A DNA stretch of 63,379 nucleotides, the filler included, from Dugesia japonica (Eukaryota): assembly GCA_001938525.1 (NCBI GenBank). It is 6 parts of 6 records of this genome, joined end to end, with 100 filler letters (N's around TTAATTAATTAA, not from the genome) between each part and the next. Parts side by side here need not be neighbours in the genome. Positions count along the whole stretch, not along the records: positions 11,995 to 21,440 come from MQRL01628283.1; positions 21,541 to 35,815 come from MQRL01643721.1; 4 more parts are not named here. One strand, 5' to 3'. The notes under the pieces are model-generated. The model was not told the origin of the DNA. It worked only from the letters and a program-made list of their open reading frames with translations, and did not search any database. The translations under genes and the position numbers were made by a program. The first letter of the stretch is position 1. Every line of letters begins with the position of its first letter. Below are positions 12,000 to 21,844 of the stretch, in pieces.

Positions 12000-14900
12000 T
12001 GGCAAAAGAGGAATTGTTGGTAAATCAGGATCTTCTGGTGCTCTTGGTGCTAAAGGGAAGATGGGAGAAAAAGGCTTACCTGGTGATATTGGAAATAGAG
12101 GTGTTGACGGACCAATTGGTTTTGGGGATAACGGATTTTTATATGCTACTCATTCTCAAAGTAAAGTTTCTCCAATTTGCCCTGATGGAGGTATTCCTTT
12201 GTATACTGGATACAGCTTGTTAGCTATTCATGGGGATACAGACTCTGTTACTATGGATTTGGGTTTATTTAATTCACATAAATTAAACGAGTTATCATTT
12301 AATTTTAATATATATATATAGGGACTCCGGGCTCATGTTTGAAAAATTTTTCAACCATTCCTTTTGTAAATTGTTTCCTTGAAAGAAATACATTTTTTGG
12401 AGGTCGTTGTCAAATAAACATGAGAAATTCTAGGTCATATTGGCTTTCGACACTTCAAAGCTACATGTCTTCTCCTCAGCCACCATCTAAAATGGATGAC
12501 TACATATCACGGTAAGAGTAGTTTACCATTTGCTTACATGATTTAGAAAATTTGAATTGAAACACATATTAAGAAATAGAAGGTCAAGTTTATTTATTTT
12601 GTAAGAATTTTAATATGTACAATAAATATTGGAAAATGTAAAGGATGTGATGAAAAAGTAAATGTTCTATGTGAACTTTGATTTTTTTTGAAAATATACC
12701 TCTTATTTAAAATGAAACTATTTTCATTTTATTTTCAAACGTCTTAAATTGAAATTTAGTTTTAATTTCCCATGANNNNNNNNNNNNNNNNNNNNNNNNN
12801 NNNNNNNNNNNNNNNNNNNNNNNNNNNNNNNNNNNNNNNNNNNNNNNNNNNNNNNNNNNNNNNNNNNNNNNNNNNNNNNNNNNNNNNNNNNNNNNNNNNN
12901 NNNNNNNNNNNNNNNNNNNNNNNNNNNNNNNNNNNNNNNNNNNNNNNNNNNNNNNNNNNNNNNNNNNNNNNNNNNNNNNNNNNNNNNNNNNNNNNNNNNN
13001 NNNNNNNNNNNNNNNNNNNNNAATTGTAATTGTAAAAAAGCATTATATATATAGATTAGGTTATTTGCAAGCATGACAAAAGTTTATTGATTCTCATTTG
13101 AAAGAAATCTGGATTTCTTTGAATGATGTTTTGATATCGCAGTGATTTTTGAACACTTTATCCTTCAAAAAAGGATCAAGATGTTCATAGAAATGAAAGT
13201 CTATGAAATTAGGTCTGAAGAGTATNNNNNNNNNNNNNNNNNNNNNNNNNNNNNNNNNNNNNNNNNNNNNNNNNNNNNNNNNNNNNNNNNNNNNNNNNNN
13301 NNNNNNNNNNNNNNNNNNNNNNNNNNNNNNNNNNNNNNNNNNNNNNNNNNNNNNNNNNNNNNNNNTGCATTTCTCCCATTTGCTCACAGTACGATGCCAC
13401 AGTGATTGTTTCGCCAGGCTCAATTTAGGAAAATTTAATAACTCTCGCTGTGTACCACCATATAGTGAACATAGACTTCTTCTGATTTAGCTTAATTTTT
13501 TGGAAATCTTTAGGAGACTCATCAATTGATAATCATTGTGCAGAAAGTTTGCGATTATCATAAATAATCCACTTTTCATCACAAGTGATGATGCAATCCA
13601 AAAGAAATCGGTGGAATATCTTCTGAGAGATATTGTTACCTCTAGTTTATTTTTCATGTCAATTTCCGTAAGATTCTGTGGCACCAATTTATCAAGTTTC
13701 TTGACTTTGCCAATCAGCTTCAGATGTTTAAAGACAGCTGATTGAGAACCATGCATCTTTGATGCTATCTTTGACACGCTTTATCTTGGATCTTCCAGGA
13801 CTATTTGTTTTCAATCATCGTCATCAAAAGCAAAAGATCGCTTGGTTCTTTATTTATCATTTAAAAGACTGATTTCTACTTTGGAACTTCTGAAACAACT
13901 TCTCACGGTATATCAATTGAAAAGTAAAATAGAGTTTTTTTTNNNNNNNNNNNNNNNNNNNNNNNNNNNNNNNNNNNNNNNNNNNNNNNNNNNNNNNNNN
14001 NNNNNNNNNNNNNNNNNNNNNNNNNNNNNNNNNNNNNNNNNNNNNNNNNNNNNNNNNNNNNNGATGAATAAATTCAATTATTCTGAGAAATTTAAATGAT
14101 GGATTTATTGCATTTACATTTACATTGATTTTTCAAAAATGATTTTATTTTAACGATGAATTGAATTTCTTTTTTGTTTAATTTGTTGTTCTTTTATTTA
14201 TCACTATTTTTCTAATTTATTTATTTTCTCTACCAATTAAAATCTATTGGCATCGTTATATTAAACAAGTTGGATCTAATCGATATTTTATTATTATTAC
14301 AGTATTTATTTTCTTATAATTCACACGTTAAAAATTTATTTTGTGCATTATAAGAAAATAAAAAATTTCAATTTCAAAATTTATTGTATTATTAAAAAAG
14401 GACTGCAGTTAGAAATGTCATCTTTTACGTTTTTGGAAGTGTGCGTTATAAGAAATTAAAATAAATACGGTAATATATTTGTTTCCAATAATGGAAGTAG
14501 CGATAAATCATCGGAAATACCGGTCATTTTTTGACAGACATTTTTAAATAATGCTTTAACTTGAAAATAACTTGTTTTTCAAATATTAAACATGAAATCA
14601 GACAAATTTGTTGATGACACTTAAAAAAATAAAATTGTAGAATTTTAGAAGATAGTTGTCGAAAATCTGAACAAAAATTAATGAAAAAAAACAATATTTT
14701 GATATAAACTTTTAACTTAATGAAATCTCAAATGCAATCAATGGTTAAGTCTAACAATTATTCTCGTAATAATTCTAATTGTAAAATTTATGATTCATTG
14801 TATATATAAAATTTCTGATTTGATTTTGAATACTCTAATAACTACAATAAACAACAATATTTGAGTTTAATCCTAGTATTATTAAGATGTTCAGTCTGTC

Positions 14901-15321
14901 AAACCAAATCAACAGTTATGGCTTTTCATTCCCAAAGATCTGATTGGCAAATGACTAAATGCCCATATGGTTGGCAAAAACTATGGGCTGGATTTAGTTT
15001 TCCTATGGTTACTTGAATAAAATTAATTACATTGAATAATTATTTTGACAGGCTGTTCAAGCATCTAGGTCAGGCTCAAATCAGCCGTTTTCATCACCAG
15101 GTAGCTGTTTGAAACATTTCCGTTCGTTACCATTTATCGAATGTAACAATCAAAACAGCAACTGCAATCATTGGCGCGATGGTGTTTCTTACTATATGAC
15201 TGCTGTCGATTCAGAAAACCAGTTTGTTAAAGCACAAGGAAAAATCTTAAAATCACAAACAGATATCATGAACAGTATTAGTAAATGCGTTGTGTGCCAA
15301 AGAGATTTAAATATTGTCTAA
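12000..15321 (+). CDS. col4a: Collagen type IV alpha chain, 3' part (end of triple helix + NC1); exons 12000-12262, 12322-12511, 14887-15007, 15052-15321
   Basis: 13 Gly-X-Y triplets, then GFLYATHSQ...CPDG..LYTGYSLL...DLG|TPGSCL...SYWLST...ISR|CSVC...HSQ...CPYGWQKLWAGFSF...SPGSCLKHFRSLPFIEC...ISKCVVC; GT-AG introns of 59, 2375 and 44 bp keep the frame; stop at 15319-15321. Confidence 0.95.
13085..13920 (-). mobile_element. Mariner transposase relic inside the long collagen IV intron
   Basis: GKVKKLDKLVPQNL, IITCDEKWIIYDNRK and YSSDL (YSPDL) motifs across frameshifts. Confidence 0.85.
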
Positions 15322-15477
15322 TGATGATTTATTATCTATTTGTCAAATTGGGTGATGTACATTTCATATTTTCTAGGTATTCGTATAAATTGAAGATGGA
15401 TTTCTTTTTTCAATTTTATCTATATAATTTTATGAGAATTACTAAATTATATTATGTATATTGTTCTTGATATTATC

Positions 15478-15483
15478 AATAAA
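15478..15483 (+). promoter_or_regulatory. Candidate polyadenylation signal of collagen IV
   Basis: AATAAA about 157 nt after the stop codon; common by chance in AT-rich DNA. Confidence 0.45.
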
Positions 15484-15686
15484 TTCTTTTTTAAGTTTAT
15501 TCTTAATGTATTTTCGAAGTAAATTAATATTATTCATATTTTGTTATTTTTACTAACACTCTTAATTTTTGTTAAAATAATAATAACAATAATAATTACA
15601 AAACAACTATTAATAATAATAATAAAATTTGTGACAAGGCTATTTTGATGGCGATATTTTGTCTAAATTTATTAGTCATCGAATAT

Positions 15687-15955
15687 ACTACCATGATCAA
15701 AAAATACCCGGTCAACTCAATTTGAAATTCACACACAAATGCTATAGATGTAATTCTTATTTTTAATAGTTGCTACATATTTGTTTTACTATATCACTAA
15801 ATTTCAGCTGAACAGATCGTAATTTAAAAAAGATACAATAATTTATGTAAATTAATTTTAATGTTATCTTCTATGTGTAGGATAGATGATATAATTGAAC
15901 AAAGAATTTGTAATAAATTCTGCATCAAAAACGAAATTAAACGTCAGGATGTAAA
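15687..15955 (+). mobile_element. Mariner 5' end fragment
   Basis: TIR-like TACTACCATGATCAAAAAATACCCGG and transposase start EQRICNKFCIKNEIK. Confidence 0.55.
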
Positions 15956-17227
15956 TTGGTCAGCATGACCCCATCATTTTGATTGGTCAAATCCAAAAAA
16001 TTCTCTTTTTCAAATTTTTTGTTTTAATTAACAAATAAATTAAGCGGAAAATTCAAATATCATAAATTAATTTTTTTGAAAATTTTTCCATTGCCAAATT
16101 TAATAATTTTTTCTCTTTTTATTTTTATGTCCCCCATCTTTTATTATTTTTCTTATCTTTTATTTTTTTTTTATTTCTTTTATTTGGTTTCGATGTTGTA
16201 TTTGAATAGGGTTTTTAAGTCTGTATCTAATGACATAGATAACTTTTNNNNNNNNNNNNNNNNNNNNNNNNNNNNNNNNNNNNNNNNNNNNNNNNNNNNN
16301 NNNNNNNNNNNNNNNNTTTTTTTATGGATTTGGATGATTTTTGCTTGGATTGAAAGAGGAACATCGGTACAAGTGATGGTGAAAAGGTTTAGTAATTCCT
16401 ATGTGACGGTGCTTGTGTGTGTGTAAAAATGTAAAATTTTAAAATGAAAATCGCGACAGAATTGGTGACGAGTGATAATTTTCGGGTTTTTAATGTATAT
16501 TTGAGTTTTCTAACAAAATCGATCTATAGATTGTCAAATGTAACTATGAGCTAAAATGTTTGTGTGTTGCATGAATGCAGCTTTTGTGTTATTAAAAAAT
16601 GACTTTCAAGTATATTTAGTGGTTTTATGAGATTAAAAATTAATAAAAATTATTTGATATGTGATTTTGAGTGATTATGTGCTGCTTATGTGATGTACAT
16701 GATTTGCAACCCTATTGCATTCATTATTAATACATTATTAACATTGAGTTAGTCTTGATATTTATTTATGATATTGGACAATCTTGATATTTTTTGATAT
16801 TACTGCAAGATATTGGGCAGTCTAAAATTAAAATAAGTTAATTAAAATAAATAAATAAAATATTAATAAATTAAATATTAATTAATTAATTAAATATAAA
16901 TTAATTAATTAATTAAATATTAATTAATTAAACATTAATTAATCAATTAAATATTAATTAATTAATTAAATAATTATTAAATATTAAATAATTGTTAAAT
17001 ATTCAAAAAGGGGAGTCTTTGGGATATTTACAAGATGAAATATATCTATCAAAAAACTTTAAACTTTAGGATATTTAAATAATAAAATANNNNNNNNNNN
17101 NNNNNNNNNNNNNNNNNNNNNNNNNNNNNNNNNNNNNNNATGTATCAAAAAACTTCAAAGAGGTGAGTCTTTGGGATATTTACAAGATAAAATATTCAAA
17201 TAAAAACCTTTCTTTACAAGTTGATAA

Positions 17228-17465
17228 AAACATATAACTTTTTTCTTAAAAAACATAATAGATAGGTAATTTTCTTTGAAAACATATTAGTCATACAATT
17301 TTTCTATAAAAAACATATTACTAGTGACAGTTTTCTTTATAAAACATACTAGTGATGCAATTTTTAATAAAAAATCTCATTAGCGAATCAATTTTTAATA
17401 AAAAACTCATTAGCGATGCAATTTTCGAAAATAAAACATATTAGTGTTGCAATTTTTCCATAAAA
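17228..17465. repeat. Degenerate ~30-bp tandem array (about 8 copies; AAACATATTAGTGATGCAATTTTT core)
   Basis: Units start near 17228, 17251, 17280, 17311, 17341, 17372, 17403 and 17434. Confidence 0.7.
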
Positions 17466-17761
17466 ATAATTCATTAAAGTGGAACTTTTTATTAAAAAAA
17501 ATTCACAGGCACATGATTTTGTGTGAATGTGTGATGCTCATATGTTGCACCTGAGTTGTATCCAAATTGTAATATTAATATTTTTTAGTATATTTTAATG
17601 GTTTTAGAATTTTAAAAAATTACCAGGCACATGATTTCAAGAGAATGTGTGTTACATCTTTGCTGCAACCCTATTGCATTAACTAATATTTTTACATATT
17701 TACTAATTATAAAATATATTTACAATTTTCCAAAATAGCATTTATTATTAAAACAATACAA

Positions 17762-17997
17762 CTAATTTTCATATTCGTCAGCTGCTGTAAGTATGGATTT
17801 CTTTAGAATCTCATAATGAGTCTTGTTTCTGTTATGTCCAAACTCCATTTCCAAATNTAACATGAAATCATCTATCAGCTCATCAATATCAATGCTTGTT
17901 GTTATTAAAACATGATTCCAATATTGTTCTGAATTCATAATATTGCATTCTCCCACGAATTCTGGAAAACTTTCATTCAGTATTTGAGTTGCTAGTT
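17762..17997 (-). pseudogene. Small Polinton-associated ORF, possibly a spliced second exon
   Basis: ELATQILNESFPEFVGECNIMNSEQYWNHVL...; preceded by a 44-bp GTAAG...TTTTAG intron-like segment (18041-17998). Confidence 0.4.
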
Positions 17998-18064
17998 CTA
18001 AAAATAAAATTTAATAAATTATCATTAATTAAATTTCTTACCATAAAAATGATCTTTTTACTTC

Positions 18065-18290
18065 AAAATATGTTCAACTGGTTTCTGATGTTCACAATTT
18101 TTAATAATTTGTGTTGTCTATAAGCAAATGAATCTTGATATCGAATTTTATTGTGAACAACTATCTAATGTTCTCCACATGGATTTGTAGTATGGGTATT
18201 GATGATTAAGGTAATGTTTACTGAAATATACTTATCCAAATAACTTTGATGCATACCGTTCAATTTGAATGGAACTGATAAATTAAGCAA
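18065..18290 (-). pseudogene. Polinton adenain-like cysteine protease remnant
   Basis: LIINTHTTNPCGEH*IVVHNKIRYQDSFAY resembles I.NTD...GEHW.......YFDSFG (TGG mutated to TAG); lies directly after the capsid gene. Confidence 0.7.
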
Positions 18291-18326
18291 TAAATTAAAC
18301 AATAATTCTTTCTTTATTGCAATTGT

Positions 18327-19539
18327 TTAAAATAATACTGTTCCGTTGTCTTTAATTTGAATTTCTTTTTCAAATACTCCAGAAATGAGAACATATGCTA
18401 ATGTTGTTAAAGCTTTGGCAAACTTGATATCTAATCTCAAATTCCCTTGTTGTGGTAATTGACTCTGATTTATATCGAAATGTGGAGCAAGAACAAATGT
18501 AAAGAATGGATATTTATCCTTAAAATCACTAAGTGTTATTCTACAATTCATATTCTTATCCAAATTTCCCATATTTCTTACTATAGATTGCATATATGTT
18601 GTAGCATAATTATCGTTTGTAAAATCTTGNGTATATATTTCTCGATAATCAGTGTTTTTCGTCAAGGAAACGAAAACAACATCTAGATTTTGAAATGTTG
18701 AAGTCGAGCGTTTATTTTTACCATTTTATTGTTCACCACTTTGAAATGTAACGAGAATAAAACTAGGTAATCAACGGTCACCAAAGATTTGTTCTTTATA
18801 AAACGATGAACTATCTTTACTAATTGCAAATGCATCGACATTTTTAGTTCTTATTGGATAAACAGCATTTTGCTTTTTAGTCCCATTTGATGAGCAACTA
18901 GTACTAAGAATTTAACTCGTACATGTCTAACTATTAATTTTGCATCTAGTAATACATATTTAGGTTCATTGGCTGTAGATTCCAAACAAATCTTAGAAGA
19001 TGCTCATTTCAATCGATTATGAACATTGACTCCTGGAATAAGGTATTTTAGTTGATCCATGAAATCAAGTTGTAATGAACCACATAGAGATAATTGTTTT
19101 GATTTTGCAATAAACGTTTTTCTATCTGCTTCTGACTCATATCCCATTGCTGTAAAACAAATATTCTTACTATCATCATTATAATTTATTAAAGTTTCAA
19201 TTAATGCTCTGTGAAGATAAGATCCGTTTGCACCTTCAATTTTTAAATTATTAAACGAAAGAATTACATCCTTAAAAGGTGTATGCAACACATAATTACT
19301 AGGAACTGCATCATGAGTGGCAGTCAAATCTTTGTCTGTTTTATCAACTNCCTTTACTTTAATATACAATAAAGTATCATTCAAATCCAAATATTCAGTT
19401 TGAGATCCATTTATAAAAACCTCTAAGTCACTTTGTGATTCAGAAATTGAATTCATAGGAAAAATATCTTCGAAAGTACCACTACAGCTTGTGGAGATGG
19501 TCGATGAAAAATATATAATTTAGTTTTGCCGCAAATCAT
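18327..19539 (-). pseudogene. Polinton major capsid protein (double jelly-roll), frameshifted
   Basis: FINGSQTEYLDLNDTLLYIKVK; YLHRALIETLINY; DFMDQLKYLIPGV; LDAKLIVRHVRV; AVYPIR; FKDKYPFFTFVLAP...GNLRLDIKFAKAL. Confidence 0.9.
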
Positions 19540-19542
19540 TTT

Positions 19543-19790
19543 TCAAATATTGTTCAATGTCCTCTCATTTGTAAGTTTATACGCGATGCATTTTAATTTT
19601 TTACGTTTTTTATTATTTGGTTCTGTTTTAGATTGATTTGTTAGCATATTTTCTGGTATTTTATTAGTTATACTTTGTGATAATATACCTGCTACTTTTG
19701 AAATCATACTGGTAACTCCACTAGGTAAGGAAGAAACTACATTTCCAAGTTCAGCTAATGCATCTGATTTTAATGTGGGTAGTATTTTTC
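19543..19790 (-). pseudogene. 3' part of the small ORF upstream of the capsid gene (putative core protein with basic tail)
   Basis: ILPTLKSDALAELGNVVSSLPSGV...NNKKRKKLK; position just before the capsid gene; 5' end appears removed by a deletion. Confidence 0.45.
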
Positions 19791-20158
19791 GTATCCACTC
19801 CATTTTACATAGTATTGTTTATTCTTTTCAGTTCCTTTGATTAAAATGGAACAGCTCTTGTAAATCTATTAAATATAACGATAAAAGACAAAATATACTT
19901 GTAAACTTTATTCACCTTTGAATATGGAACCATTTCTATTAGATACATTTACCATAAATCATCAATATCATATGCTTCATATGCACTTGTTGGAAATGTT
20001 TTGAACATTAATTTGTTCAGACTGTACACTATATGACTTGATAACCACTTTTTCGTCTTTCTGTTCGATTTTTTAGCTGCTTTCATCAACGTTTCTATGC
20101 CTCGAAAACCTGCCAGTTATTTTGTATCCGTCTATATTGTCTTCATTTTTGTCTCCAT
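19772..20158 (-). pseudogene. Polinton retroviral-type integrase with its catalytic core deleted (N-terminus joined to chromodomain)
   Basis: METKMKTI*TDTK*LAGFRGIETL...KKWLSSHIVYSLNK...IDDLW*MYLIEM...NKVYKYILSFIVIFNRFTRAVPF*SK, followed within ~10 nt by chromodomain-like NKQYYVKWSGY. Confidence 0.8.
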
Positions 20159-20399
20159 TACATCAATGTGATGCAAATTTCAAGTCAAAGTTAGGTAATG
20201 ATTGNNNNNNNNNNNNNNNNNNNNNNNNNNNNNNNNNNNNNNNNNNNNNNNNNNNNNNNNNNNNNNNNNNNNNNNNNNNNNNNNNNNNNNNNNNNNNNNN
20301 NNNNNNNNNNNNNNTATAAAATCACAACTTTGATTGTTCATTACTCGTCTCATTGATTTTCTATTTTTTGTGATTACAAGAGGTAATAAAGTTTTTTTA

Positions 20400-20582
20400 A
20401 TGTTTTTTCAATGTTTTCTTTTTGACTGCACTCAAATCTACATTACCACAAAAAATATTTATAATAATTTTAAGTAAATCATCTATAACATATGGTGGGA
20501 ATGATTGTAAAATTCTCATACTTAAAGGTTTTGATGATTTAATCAAAGCTGTAAAAAACGGAAGGTTTCTTTGTCATTTCAT
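20400..20582 (-). pseudogene. Conserved small Polinton ORF
   Basis: LPFFTALIKSSKPLSMRILQSFPPYVIDDLLKIIINIFCGNVDLSAVKKKTLKKH resembles the LNVL.GNV.L...KKKLKKH motif typical of Polinton ORFs between ATPase and integrase. Confidence 0.6.
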
Positions 20583-20619
20583 CTTTATTGATTAAAATAA
20601 TACATACTATTTATTTGTT

Positions 20620-20851
20620 TATGATAATCTTTTTCTGTTCTTATTTTGAGCTTCTTTCCACTTCTTTTTGTTAGTTTTTTAAACATATTCATTTGTTTCC
20701 TTTTATTTACTTGTTGCTTCTTATTTACATGATGTTTCTTATGTTATTGTTTCTTCTTTTCTCCATACTTTTACTTCTCAAAAGATATTTTTTGACGTTT
20801 AACAACACGATCTGTTACTTGATCAATTACAAATTTCTTTAATTTTGTCAT
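20620..20851 (-). pseudogene. Small lysine-rich basic ORF (possible DNA-binding/core protein), with internal stops
   Basis: MTKLKKFVIDQVTDRVVKRQKISFEK*KYGEKKKQ*HKKHHVNKKQQVNKRKQMNMFKKLTKRSGKKLKIR. Confidence 0.4.
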
Positions 20852-20874
20852 TCTTTGTAATATTATGAAAAATT

Positions 20875-21440
20875 ATCTATTTTGTTTATATAATGTGATA
20901 CCATTTGAATTTAATATATCTGTTCTTACTCTATAATCATCTGGGCATTGTTGTGTAAAGTCAAGATATAGATATCCATATGGTTTTTCTGTTGCATCCT
21001 GAAAGGATTCAATAAGAAATTGTCTGTTATTTGGACATGCTTATCTTGCTAGAAAATTAACTACAGTCTGATCTCTAGAATGTTTTTAATAGAACCAAAT
21101 ATTGCACGTTTAAATTACGAGTTCTATGACTACCTCCTTGATAAAACAGATTTTGTGTAAAAAATATCACAGTCACATTACGATATCTCGATATCTTTGT
21201 GAATAAATTATTGAAATGTTTTTCTTTATTTGCCTCCTGATACAGATCATCATCAACAACAACATCCCCTGGTCTTAATCCTTTGCTCCAATTAAAATCA
21301 AAACCATTTATAATTTTCATTTTAATATTAGAAAATTCAGATTTAGTCAGTCCATGCTTCTCATCGGCGCCCATATGCCAGTATATGTTTTTAAATTTAG
21401 ACTTGAATAACTTTGATTTCAATAATTGACATACAAACAA
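20875..21440 (-). pseudogene. Polinton A32/FtsK-family genome packaging ATPase (Walker A lies beyond the scaffold end; one frameshift)
   Basis: Walker B VVVDDDL, LFTKISRYRNVTVIFFTQNLF...SHRTRNLNVQYLVLLK, then after a shift DATEKPYGYLYLDFTQQCPDDYRVRTDI. Confidence 0.9.
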
Positions 21441-21540
21441 NNNNNNNNNNNNNNNNNNNNNNNNNNNNNNNNNNNNNNNNNNNNTTAATTAATTAANNNN
21501 NNNNNNNNNNNNNNNNNNNNNNNNNNNNNNNNNNNNNNNN
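21441..21540. other. Artificial scaffold linker
   Basis: 44 N + TTAATTAATTAA + 44 N. Confidence 0.97.

Positions 21541-21571
<31 letters not shown>
21541..21571. repeat. (AAT)n microsatellite
   Basis: Perfect TAA repeats abutting an LTR end. Confidence 0.95.
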
Positions 21572-21844
21572 TGTTAGATGACAAATAACTGCTAGTAAAA
21601 ATTATATTAAATGAAATAATTTTTCTGGTTTATATTGGGGAAATATTTAATGATTTCGTAATGGAGGACATACTCATTATATAAACACATCATTCTAAAT
21701 AAACATTAAATTATATATTACAATTAAACATGCATACCAAAACCTACATATTAAATAATTATTAACCCTTGTTTTCACAAAACTAATTTGTTACTATTAT
21801 GTAATAAATTGAAAAAATTAAATTTTAATTAATTTATTATCACA
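21572..21844 (-). repeat. 3' LTR (273 bp, TG...CA) of a Gypsy element
   Basis: Minus strand: PPT AAGAGGGGGAA (21855-21845), then TGTGATAAT...CATCTAACA. Confidence 0.8.

Larger units (their letters stand above)
17760..21440 (-). mobile_element. Polinton/Maverick (adintovirus-like) endogenous viral element, internally deleted and truncated by the scaffold end
   Basis: Co-oriented cluster: ATPase, basic ORF, small conserved ORF, integrase/chromodomain, core-like ORF, major capsid protein, adenain-like protease. Confidence 0.9.

Noticed and set aside
12724-13074. ORFs made mostly of X (also near 13094-13490, 20122-20319 and 25574-25886)
   Set aside because: Artefacts of translating through N gaps.
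17228-17465. Regularly spaced ~30-bp repeats resembling a CRISPR array
   Set aside because: Degenerate head-to-tail units without unique spacers, no cas genes, eukaryotic context.
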